Below are positions 22,772-33,279 of a stretch of 37,987 bases of DNA, in pieces (position 1 is the stretch's first letter; the number at the start of each line of letters is the position of its first letter). Under the pieces are notes generated by a model. That model ran no database searches. It had not been told where the DNA came from and saw only the letters and a list, made by a program, of their open reading frames with translations. The DNA is from Macrostomum lignano (Eukaryota). The position numbers were made by a program, and so were the translations under genes. The stretch covers positions 1-37,987 of the forward strand of contig NIVC01002415.1 of the NCBI GenBank assembly GCA_002269645.1, in the 5' to 3' direction.

Positions 22772-24646
22772 CCATTAGCCTCCCGCGTCTATTTTTGCTC
22801 ACCCCGTAGCCTCCCGTAGCAGCTCTGCTGCCATAGATTTAAAAGCTGAAAACTGGTAGAAAATTATTTCACCCCCACTCCCTCCTTAACTTTCTGTAAA
22901 AAAATAAATATTGAAACATTACTAGACATCAGTAGGAAGTAGTATGATGAAAATGATGAAAGTGAAAATATTGGTAGAAGTTGCTTGCATTATAATTCTA
23001 ACTACACCCGCTGTCTATGGCCAGCAGATCGAGTCAGAGCCTGCTAAAAATAGCTACCAGCCATGCTTCTAGAAGCAGCCCAGGACTGGTGTGAGAGTTT
23101 TACATAGACAAACCGAAGTCACTTTTTGCCATAAACAGATATTGCTTCGTATATCCATCTTATTTGTTATGCGTAGTGTAAAGAGATGAGACAAGTATTG
23201 CAAGCATAGACATTTCTACGTAAGTGATTGCCATAGACAATAAGATTTGGGTTTTCGAAGGGATGAATGCAATACAGTATTGCATATATGTTCTTCTCCT
23301 GTGAAATGAGGATAAACCAATAATAAATATTTTTTATCAATATTCCCCACAAATATAATTTTTCAAACAATATTCTACAATGCAAGCTGGCAATCCAACC
23401 CTTCAAAATTTGGGCTTGGATAGCGACTCAGATGACGAATCATACGTGACTGCATCTGGTACCAGTGGAGGCTCCTCTGATGAGCAAAGTGACCTTGAGG
23501 AGGTCCAGATTGTGAATCCGCCAGACAACATCGAAGATAACTGGCATGATACCACTCCGGAAACGGATCATCGGCCCAACCCACTTCCCGAGTTTCTCGG
23601 CTTGCCTGGTCTGCATCCGGCTTTTCTTGTGCCGGACAACATTGAAAATAGTGTGGCTGCCATCCTTGGTCAGTTTCTTCCCGACAGTCTGCTGCAAAGT
23701 TTGTGTGACTGGACAAACGCCAGAGCAGACAGAGCTGTCACGCAAATTCAACAAGAAAACGGAGAGCTGCCATGGAAGCTCCTAAATTGGAAGCCATGCA
23801 ACCTGAATGAAATGAAGAAGTTTATCGGAATTCTGCTGCACATGGGAGTAGTACAGAAGCCAGATATTAGCATGTATTGGTCAACCGATCTAATGTACCA
23901 TCAGGACTTCTTCCACCATGAGTCATGTCTGTCGCGTAACAGGTTTCAGCTCATCATGACCTGGTTTCGCTGCTACGATTGCACGGAGGTGAACGAAGCT
24001 GATCCGCAGTGCAAGATTAGACCTTTTTTAAACAAAGTCCAGTCCATCTGTCAAAATAAGTACATGCCACATCAACATACTTCTGTTGACGAGTCATTGC
24101 TACTTTACAAAGGTAGGCTCCACTGTCTTCAGTACATGCCCAACAAAAAGGCAAAGCTCGGCATCAAGCTGTATTGTCTAGCCGAATCGAACAGCGGCTA
24201 TTTGTGGAACTTTCTGATCCACTCCACTGCGGCCCAAAACAACCTGTTCGGCCAGGATGCGCAGCAGCTGTCGCTCTCGGAACGCATCGTCGTAGAACTG
24301 TCTCGGGATATCTTGGACCTCGGGTACAGGATCTTTTGTGACACCTGGTTTTGCTCGGCACGGTTGCTCCAGAGAGACACTCTGTTGACAGGCACAGTGC
24401 GAGCACAACGCGGCGTTCCCGCGGCTCTGAAGCAGCAGGTGTTGCACCCACCATCCAACGCCTTTTCTAGGCGTGGGGATCTGCTTGCTGTGAAGATTGT
24501 GGATCGGCGAGCCTCTGGCCTAAAGACCGTGTACATGCTAGACAGTGCTGGCTCGGCCAACTGTGTGCAAGTTACAAGGGTTCAGCGAGGCAGTCGGGAG
24601 CGGCAACTGTTAAAGTCTCAGACAGCTCTAGACTACAAAGTAGAAG
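22772..24646 (+). mobile_element. piggyBac transposon, 3'-truncated
   Basis: Transposase ORF at 23380. The putative left end is TTAA|CCATTAGCCTCCCG, with tagcctcccg repeated at 22776 and 22807 and gtctatggc/gccatagac subterminal words. No right end was found, so the left boundary is tentative. Confidence 0.7.
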
Positions 24647-24690
24647 GCATGAGGGGGCTTTTGGGACAAAATTTTTCACATCCTCCATAA
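23380..24690 (+). pseudogene. piggyBac-family DDD transposase, lacking the third catalytic Asp
   Basis: Acidic N-terminus, then MSRNRF-like LSRNRFQLI, SVDESLLLYKGR, YMPNKKAKLGIK and FCDTWFCS. Homology ends at ALDY, before the expected GGVD motif and the C-terminal Cys-rich domain. Confidence 0.93.
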
Positions 24691-25030
24691 TCCATATTAT
24701 CCATCCATATTATCCTTGACAGAATCAGAAAAAAGGGGGGTCACACTCGCTCACAAAACCTCCTCCATAATCCCATTAAATTCATCCATATTATCCCCGA
24801 CAGAATCAGAAAAAAAGGGGGTCGCACTTGCTTCGAAAACTTCGAACATAATCCCATTAAATCCATCCATATTATCCCTGAATCAGAGGGTCCTACTCGC
24901 TTACAAAACGTCATCCATAATCCACCTAAATCCATCCATATTATCCCCGACAAAATCAGAGCATAACAGGTGTCCTACATAATCCACTGACATCCACCCA
25001 TAGCATCTTCGAAACAATCAGAAAATAATC
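24680..25030. repeat. ~81-bp tandem repeat, 4-5 diverged copies
   Basis: atccatattatcc occurs at 24703, 24784, 24865 and 24934. Confidence 0.85.
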
Positions 25031-25822
25031 TGCATTCTTCTCCCCACATTCAATCCGCAACGCGAAACCAGATCCCAAAGACTTTAAATAATCAGCGCAG
25101 GGTCCTTACCCTTTGAAAAAAAAAATAAATAATAAAAAAAATTAAAAAAAAATTAAATTAAAAAAAAATTTCATATTTGATGTGAATCTTGCGAGGTAAA
25201 AAACAATAGCTAGCTGAGAAAACTCATAAATAGAATAAATTTTTTTACATAAACAAAAACAAGAATAATTATTAATTGGTGGTACTTCTAAAATTGTCTA
25301 CAAGTTGCTCTAAATTTATATTAGAACGAAGGTTATCTAACAAACCTACAGTATCCTCTCTACATATCCCACATTTTATCGTGTTATTACTTGAAGTAAG
25401 AATTTCTAGTCATATCACTTATAAGTAGGCTCTAAACAACTTGACGCTATTCTGGACTGTCTCGGAAAAACCACACATGATTTTCTCTGACGTGTTAGAA
25501 AAAATAATGTGCGCCCAGTACGTTCAAATATTCGTCTCCCCAGCTGGCCTTGGGTACCTCGGTTTCAGAGAAATCTCTCTTCCATGCCAGTGTACGCTTT
25601 CTGTTACACTCCGCTATTTTTAACACACAACTTTGGCGACAACCTCCTCATGCCTTTCTTGCCTTGCCCCCCCTCTAGTGGTATCTAGTGGTAAGTGGTA
25701 TCTTGCCACTTCTCTCTACACTCTATGAAAATATTAAAACTTATGAAATCTTAACACAACAAACAATAACCTAAAGGACTTGTCAATAAAATGTCTGAAT
25801 AAATATTAGAGTGTTGTTACTG

Positions 25823-26305
25823 TCAGCACGTCTTCACTTTGTTGTCCTCGTCCTCATCTTCATCATCTTCCTCGTTGGCCTCTGAAAAAATAAAAGCAAT
25901 GTTTTAAGAATTATAAATTTAAATTTGATAGAATTAAAACTGTGAAGCAATTACTTACCGTCTTCGTACCAAGCTTGGATTGTCTTTTCAAATTCACCTT
26001 CCATTGTAAGGAATGCAACACTTTCATGCTGCATTCTCAGCAGCTGGTCAAATCTGGTGTCGGTGGCAGCCTTCTTGTGGATTGGAGCGCTATAGTTCAA
26101 CACACGCCCCATCGAATAACCCGAGAAGCGAGCTAGTTGCAAGGCTGGAAATGAATGAAGGTAGAGAAAGAACAAGATATTGTAGATCCTCACACAATCC
26201 AAAATCGTTATTATTCGGATCCAGAATAATATTGATTTTCTTCCCGCTCACAAACCCTTCCCGACTCAAACGTCTCTCTCTACCCCCATATCTTTCAAAA
26301 GTCAT
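25823..26305 (-). CDS. Putative small spliced gene or gene 3' fragment with an acidic tail
   Basis: Exons 26305-26194, 26144-25959 and 25881-25823 join in phase (introns 49 and 77 nt) to give 118 aa ending EANEEDDEDEDEDNKVKTC. The last intron (GTAAGT..TTTCAG) is strong; the first is weak. Confidence 0.35.
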
Positions 26306-26401
26306 CCTAGTTCCTTGTTAGGAGCGCACAAAATAAACCCTGCTCCCGAGCGTCCGCCCTCTCTCCCCGTGCACCCACCCTCTCTTCCAAAACACCCACC
26401 C

Positions 26402-26764
26402 TCAGCCAATTCCTAATCCCAACTTTGTCTTTCCCAAAATAACCGCCTTGACTAATTTCCGAGCAATAGACTCACGAAACCCGCTTGAAGTCCCCATATT
26501 GTCTAATCTCCTAAGCATTTCTTTGTCCCAACGATTCTTCTCCTCTGGAAAATTCCTATACTTAACGTCGTGCCACATGCAGACAGAGTCTAGCTCGTTC
26601 ACAGGTTCATGCCCAGGATTTGGATTATTGCTTTTATCTAACTGTATTTCAAGTGGATTCAAAGGCCCGCAATATTTGTAGCCGGGAATTGTCCAGCCTT
26701 TGTTTGGATGAGGAAGATTTTCTATCAGTCCATATGAATCTAAATTACCGCCAGAGCGTTGCAT
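26402..26764 (-). CDS. Parvovirus VP1u-type phospholipase A2 (Polinton/adintovirus PLA2X-like), 120 aa
   Basis: IPGYKYCGPLNPL (Ca-loop region), PVNELDSVCMWHDVKY (catalytic HD plus Y), D..ML..L and a terminal KLGLG. The ORF is intact. Confidence 0.88.
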   Translation of the reverse strand: MQRSGGNLDSYGLIENLPHPNKGWTIPGYKYCGPLNPLEIQLDKSNNPNPGHEPVNELDSVCMWHDVKYRNFPEEKNRWDKEMLRRLDNMGTSSGFRESIARKLVKAVILGKTKLGLGIG

Positions 26765-26794
26765 TATTTTATTTAAAGTTTTCTTTTTTTAAAA

Positions 26795-27827
26795 ATGACA
26801 GATCAGAAACTTCAAAAGCTCTACTACAGTGACAAAGGATTCTTTGTAGGAAAAAATGCAGTCACCAAACTTGCAGAACTAAGTAAGAAACCAAAAGCTA
26901 CAGTAAAAAAATGGCTCTAAGCAGGCTGTCTTTCAAGTCTATTTCCCACCAGTAAAATTTGAAAGGCCCCATTTCAGTATTTATAAACCTAATGAGGCGC
27001 ACCAAGCAGATCTTCTGTTTCTCCCCAATGACTCAGGCTACAAGTATGCTCTCAGAGTTATAGACATTGCCTCCAGATATAAAGAGGCTCGTCCACTAAA
27101 GACTAAACAATCAGAAGCATTTGCTAATACGCTACAAGATATTTATAAAAAACTCACCCCTTAGTTACCCTGAAATCTTTATGACCGACCCGGGTAAAGA
27201 ATTCCTAGGCAAGGACCACTAGAACTTCTAGTGGTCCTTGTTCCTAGGTGCAGTGAAATCACTTCTACATAAGTATGACACAAAAATTCGCTACGGAAGA
27301 ACTGAGCTCCACAGAGACCAAGCGTACGTTGAGAGATTCAATCTAACTCTAGCCAAGAGACTATTCACTAAGCAGACAGCAGAGGATCTGAAACTAAAAA
27401 GTGGCCAATACTATACAAAATGGAAGGACCGCCTCCCCATTGTTATAGAGCAACTGAACAATGAAGTCACACGCATGACTCGATTGAAACAGTCCCATGC
27501 AATTAAACAAGACACTGTCGAACTTAAGGCATCTCATAGAACAGACACCTCGAACTACCCTAAGCTTCCAGGAGTTGAATCACCATACAAACTGACAAAC
27601 TCTGAGTTTCTACGCTTTTTATATCTACCTGGAGAGCTAGAGAAAGACACCAAAAAAGAGCTACAGATCCATACTTCAGCCTTGATGTACATAAAATAGA
27701 CAGACATTTCACCTCCGACTCTGGAGAGTATTACTTTTTATCTCAGGCCTTTAACCCTAAATCCCCCACGCGGTCATTCACTAGAGCTGAACTCCTAGTG
27801 ATACCAGCTGACACAGAAATTAATTAA
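26795..27827 (+). pseudogene. Retroviral-like DDE integrase of Polinton type
   Basis: Across frameshifts: HQADLLFLP, VIDIASRY, MTDPGKEF, YVERFNLTL and YLPGELE..KRATDP. At least four frameshifts plus a 39-bp insertion. Confidence 0.92.
27210..27240. mobile_element. 31-bp palindromic insertion with 8-bp TSD
   Basis: CAAGGACCACTAGAA-C-TTCTAGTGGTCCTTG (two perfect 15-bp inverted arms) flanked by TTCCTAGG at 27202-27209 and 27241-27248. Confidence 0.85.
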
Positions 27828-27843
27828 AATATTAAAATAAAAA

Positions 27844-28290
27844 ATGACAAAGATTGAAACCAGAACCATCAATAAACTCAATAAAATGATTGAATCAAAG
27901 AAACCAGGTCTTATATCAATTAAAGGTGTCAAAGTAAAAATCAATCCCGTGCAGCAAATAGTTCAGTGTAATGAGCAAAGACTCAGCATTACAGATGAAA
28001 AGTCAGGAGGAATCCTACCATTAGCAGCTCTTATCCCAATCATTGCAGGCGCTGTAAGTGCCGCAGGTGGTGTAGCTGGAGGTGTAGCAACTGCTGTTAA
28101 AGCTGGGAATCATAGAGCCCACCAGCTAGAATTGCAAAAGATTGCAAGAGACAAAGGTATAACAATTAAGGCAGGAGAGGGCTGCCCCGATCGTGATGAT
28201 TGTGATCATGAAAATTCTTTTAGCAAGTCTGACATTGTCAAAGCCATCATGACACTGCACAATGCTGGGTTTACAATAATGCGCATGTGA
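27844..28290 (+). CDS. Adenovirus pX-like virion protein precursor, 148 aa
   Basis: KSGG|ILPLAALIPIIAGAVSAAGGVAGGVA resembles adenovirus pX MRGG|ILPLLIPLIAAAIGAVPGIA. The ORF is intact. Confidence 0.7.
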   Translation: MTKIETRTINKLNKMIESKKPGLISIKGVKVKINPVQQIVQCNEQRLSITDEKSGGILPLAALIPIIAGAVSAAGGVAGGVATAVKAGNHRAHQLELQKIARDKGITIKAGEGCPDRDDCDHENSFSKSDIVKAIMTLHNAGFTIMRM

Positions 28291-28413
28291 TGAGGTTTAA
28301 AACCCAACTTTATCCAGCTTCATAAACCCAACGCTACTGATAGGATGTTAGAAACAGTTCAACTTTTCTATCAGGGTCGTCACCCTCAAAAGTTTTTTAT
28401 TTTATAGAAAAAA

Positions 28414-31400
28414 ATGCGAAAAGCCAATCCAGCAAAAGATTTAGTCTACAAATATTTTTCAAAAGGCGTCTCATTTCAAGACAAAAGTAATTTACTAAGA
28501 GAAGCATGTAAACAAAAGTTTAACACCGACCCTGGTCACCTGGGAAGCTATGAAAAACAGTTGGAAATCATCAATCAATTAGAATCCAACCAGTATGCGC
28601 CTATAAAAAATCCTGCAAAGGAACACCAAGAGAGGAGTCGCAACTTAGTTAACAAATACGAAACTCTCACTGGCGAAAAAGCAAAGTACCCACAAAATAA
28701 GCAGGAACAAGAGAAATTAAAGCAATTAATCCATTTAAAAGAGTCGGAGCTTGCCATTGAAGAGATTAATTTTGCACAGAGGAAGTTTACAGAACATTAC
28801 ATAGAGTACACAATCCCAATTAACAACACCAACCACATTAACGACACCAACGGCACCACCGCAAACATCTACGACTATAAAGACAGCATCCAATCAATTT
28901 TTGATCACACACTCAAAACACGCAAGACCTTTAAACTACAGATATCATTCAAGATTGCGTTTTATACGCCTGCAAAACTCACTGAACATCTCGAGTATTA
29001 CATGACAACAAAGGCAAAGCCATTCACCCCTACAGACACACATGGATCCTTTCCTTCAAGATGTCACTAAGAAAATTGAAGCGTTTACATCCAGAGGTTC
29101 CGGATGGGTCGTGGGAGGGATTCAAAGAGCGACTGTTATGGTCATGAAATATGACCCACTTAAAGCCTCCTCTTATATAGAGCCCCCGCATAAGCTAGCC
29201 GGCAAAAAAGCTTGCATAAATGTTAAAAATAAAGACAATTGCTGTGCTCTATGGGCAGTTCTTTCTGCACTTCTTCATGATAGTGTCCCTGACCACCCCG
29301 AAAGAACCTCAAATTATCAAAATTATTTCAACTACTATCTCATCGAATGCGAAAAGAAGGGAATCAGGTTTGACAAAGGAGGCTTGGCGATCTCTCATAT
29401 TCCAAAGCTAGAAGAAGTGTTTAATAACAAAATTAGAATCACAGTCTTTGAGTGGAGTGAAAAAAACTGAGAAAGTTCAACCGGTCAGATGTAGCAAAGA
29501 CGTTTTAGATCCTGAGGGGAAAAGGCGGACTGAAGTGGATCTTCTAGTGATTGGTAATTTACTAGAGGAGGCTCACTATGTTTGGATTAAAATCATTCAA
29601 GACTCATTCACAAGCAGTTGAAAATTCATCACGAGGCTGTTGCCATCTGCCGCTTGTGCCTTAAGCATTACAGTGGACCTGAGCGCATTGAAAAACTAGC
29701 AGAGCATGAATTATCATGTGAAGATCACCCAACTAACTGCTCTCTTCCTTCAGCTGAAGAGAAGTATCTCCGTTTTAAGAACTATCACAAGATGGAGAAG
29801 CTCCAATTTGTTGTATATGCTGATTTCGAATGCTCAATCATGCCAGAAACTCAATAACAAACTCAAACTCAAAAACATGTCCCCAATTCAGTAGCATATG
29901 CCTTTATAAATACAAAAGGACTTGTTGAGTCTAATTATTTCTTTGGAGAGCAGTGTGTGGAGCAGTTTATTGCCAGAATGTTAGAGTTGCAAAAATTGAT
30001 TAGCACCCTTCAGCCTGTTTCGGGGGCGTAGCCCAGCGGTAGCGCAGCTGCTCTGGTGTGCCAGCGACTCAGGCTCGATTCCAAGTGCAGTCACATTAAT
30101 TTGGGGCTGAATTGGAATCTCGGCTTGGCTCTGCTCGTGCAATTAACGGCCTTGAGAGCCAACCCCCCAAGGCGCAGTGAAGTGTACATGCCTAACGGTA
30201 AAATAAAGTTAGGGCCGCTGTACACTCCTGTGTGAGTGTGTGCCTGCGTACGTATCCGCGCGCTTAAATGCCTGCTCAAGGGAGTCGGCGGAATGGGCAG
30301 TAATGCCTCTCGCCGGTTGTGTGCCTAAGTCGCTTAAAGTGCGCCAGGGTGCACACAACCCCCCTGCCTCTAATAAAAAAATTCAGCCTTTCCAATAATT
30401 ATGTCTGAGGAGGATGAAAGCAATTTCCTATCAGCAACTAATTGCCACATCTGCAGGAAACAGTTAACTTGCACTGATATTAAAAACCCCACCGTTAGGG
30501 ACCACTGCCACTATACTGGGAAATTTAGAGGTGCAGCGCATAACACTTGTAATCTAAAGCTAAAATCGAACATTCATGATCTAACGATATTTTGTCACAA
30601 CGCAAAGAACTATGACATGCATTTAATAGTTGAAAAATCGGCATGATTCCAGACATACACCTTGATTGCATCGCAGAGAACAAGGAGAAGTTTAAGTGTG
30701 TTGATATTAAACAGGATAATTCGGTTAAAGGTTCGAGTGAAGGTAAAATAAGACTGAAGGATTCATATCAATTTCTAGCTGCCAGTCTAGACGAACTAAG
30801 CAAGAATCTAAAAGATGAACAATGTACATGTACAAAGATATTTGCTAATAAAATTAACAACACTGATGAATCATTTAAACTTTTAAGAAAGAAAGGCTTC
30901 TACCCCTATGAAAATATTACTGGGTATCACGTATTTGAAGAAGGTTTACCACCACAAGAAAAGTTCTTTTCAAAGCTAACAGACTCTGGAATCTCTGACA
31001 AAGACTATGAGCACGCGAAGCATGTCTATAATTACTTTAATTGTCAAAACTTCTTCCAGTATCACCTGCTTTACCTCTACACAGATGTGTTTCTGCTGGC
31101 TGATGTGTTTGAAACCTTCCTTCAGATACACCTGGTACACAGCATATGGCCTTGATCCAGCACATTATGTGTCTCTGCCTGCTACTAGCTGGGAATCTTT
31201 GCTTAAAATGAAATGGGACCAAGATCCATATCGTTAACAGGTATGCAAAGGCAAACAATCCCTACATTTAATCTTACAATAAGAAGCAGCCCTCAAACTA
31301 CATAACTTACTTGGACGCTAATAATCTCTACGGGTGGGCGATGAGTCAAGATCTTCCAGTTAGAGATTTTCGATGGCCAATTGTATCAGAATTCAAATGG

Positions 31401-32065
31401 GACTTTTCAATACCCGGCATTTGTGAGGTTGATGTTTACATTCCACCAGAGTTTCACGACTATACGTATCTCTGACTTTCCACCCTTCCCAGAGAACATC
31501 AAGTGCCCGAAAATAATCGAAAATCCCAATGGAACTTGGCACCTGTCAGGAACAGAAAAAGAACATACAGAGAAACTAACACAGAATCTAAACAACAAGA
31601 CACGTTACAAAATTCATTACAAACTGCTTCAGTATTTTATCTCACTTGGTTGCAGGGTCACCAAAGTTCACAGGGCTCTTACATTTACAGAGGAAGCGTG
31701 GATGAAACCCTACATTGATAAGAACACCCAGTTTAGGACCAAAGCAAACCAACGACTTTGACAAGAACCTCTTTAAGTTGGCCAACAACTCTGTCTATGG
31801 CAAGACTCTTGAGAATGAGCGGAAAAGAACAAACCTGAAACTTGGTTCCTCATCAGAGCCTGCTGTTATTCAGGCAAATATGTCAAAGCCAACATTCAAA
31901 GAACTCCATATCTTTAATAGCTACTTAGGTGTGATCATATTTTACAAAACCAAGGTGACGCTGCGCAAGCCGATCTATACAGGTGTCACTGTTCTCGACG
32001 AATCAAAACGTCTGATGTACCAGTTCTTCAACTGGGTAAGTCAAAGCCCTGAGAATGGTATTTGA
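28414..32065 (+). pseudogene. Protein-primed family B DNA polymerase with embedded endonuclease VII-like motif
   Basis: GSGW and CALWAVLSAL, Exo I VYADFEC, VRDHCHYTGKFRGAAHNTCN, Exo II HNAKNYDMHLI, KGFYPYE, Exo III TDVFLLADVF, motif A YLDANNLYG (31308) and motif B KLANNSVYGK (31775). Multiple frameshifts, a SINE insertion, and truncation before motif C (DTDS). Confidence 0.95.
30022..30381 (+). mobile_element. tRNA-derived SINE, copy 2, inserted in PolB
   Basis: About 11 differences from copy 1. TSD is TTCAGCCTGTTTC (30009-30021) versus TTCAGCCTTTC (30382-30392, 2-bp deletion). Confidence 0.92.
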
Positions 32066-32071
32066 ACCATG

Positions 32072-32220
32072 CAGCGGTGTCGGAACATATTTCAAAGTGG
32101 GGGGGGCTATTGGTGGGAGGGCATATTGCACATAATTTTTTTTAATCTAGGGCACCCTAACTCCTGCTGTTATGTCATTTTGTGACATTAATTGTTACAA
32201 CCAGAGCAATATTCAATCAT
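32072..32220 (+). mobile_element. Terminal segment of a non-autonomous DNA element (CAGCGGTGTCGGAAC start)
   Basis: Inverted homolog of 20950-21092; sits at the PolB truncation point. Confidence 0.75.
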
Positions 32221-32469
32221 ATCATATCAATTGTGTGAAAGTAAGCCAAAAGTCTAAAAATGCACGAATATTCAACTAATTAAAGCATTGCGCAACTGTA
32301 CTGCACTATCAATTAATTTATTTAGTGAATATCTGAAATGAATGAAAATTATGTTCAGTTTTATGTTGTAGCCGTGCGCTCAAGTAGCAACGTGTAAATT
32401 ATCAGAAGAAAGTAGCAGCAACGTTCTGGTCTATACGTTTTTGTCTGCTATATTCCACAGCAATAATCT

Positions 32470-32900
32470 TATATAGATCTATATATCCATCTATCAATCC
32501 ATTTATCTATTTATTTATTTATCTATCTATCCATCTATTTATCTGACTACTGAACCATCCAGAACTTCACTTCTTTAACTTTAATTTCAATCAATCACGA
32601 GTATCAGTCTTCCTCCACCCTACGGTACAATTTCCAAGAGTTGCGCAGCTCAACTCATGAGGTAGCTTGCTCGCTCACACTTAGTGTTACGTGTTGTCTA
32701 GAATCCATACCCTAGGCTACTTTCTCCATTCTGTGTATACTCTGTCTAAGAAATCTAAATTATGTGAATATCCTCAATCATAATTTGTGGGGATTCCTGA
32801 TCAACAAACGCCAGTAAATATCAATAGTGCGAGCTAGCCCTTGAGTGTTGTCAATAGAGCTCCAAGCCAAACATTAGCTGCACAAAATTTTCAAAATGAT
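32470..32900. repeat. Interspersed repeat, inverted homolog of 17375-17760
   Basis: See 17375-17640; includes a degenerate (TATC)n at ~32480-32545. Confidence 0.65.
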
Positions 32901-33127
32901 TTTTTGGGGTTCCTGCTTCGCAACTAGCAACTAGCAACTAAAACTTTTTATTTGATTTTGACGGACCGGTTGCAGTTTAAGTTTGCAAATACAATCGCAG
33001 TTGATTATTACTGTTGAATATAACAGACAAACAAACTTACCGACCAGTTTTGTTTATATTTGAAAAGCAGAACCCCCAAAAAATTCTGATTCAGGATGAG
33101 GTCCGGTTTGAAGATGGGGCTTTTAGA

Positions 33128-33279
33128 GTGCAAAGTGTGCAAAGCTTTTTTGAAGCCTAAAAGCTTTGCACACTTTTGAGAGGTGCCTCGCACGCTTGTA
33201 GTTGGGGTTTCACACACTATTAGGAGGGGAATCGCACGCTTTTAAGACGCTCTTTGCACACCTTTGCACGAGATGACAA
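33128..33279. repeat. Nested inverted repeats (MITE-like)
   Basis: Perfect 18-bp stem at 33132-33149 / 33159-33176 with a 9-nt loop. The outer gtgcaaagtgtgcaaag also pairs with ctttgcacacctttgcac (33262-33279). No TSD seen. Confidence 0.6.

Larger units (their letters stand above)
26402..32065. mobile_element. Decayed Polinton/Maverick (adintovirus-like) endogenous element
   Basis: Intronless, AT-richer block with PLA2(-), DDE integrase(+), pX-like(+) and PolB(+). Termini and TIRs were not identified. Confidence 0.9.

Noticed and set aside
25675-25705. ctagtggt repeats ending TCTTG, similar to the TIR of the 31-bp element
   Set aside because: Only a partial match, with no partner end or TSD.
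26280-26401. Polinton left TIR
   Set aside because: No AG/AGT-type terminal repeat, 6-bp TSD or matching right end is visible; only a G-run cluster on the minus strand.
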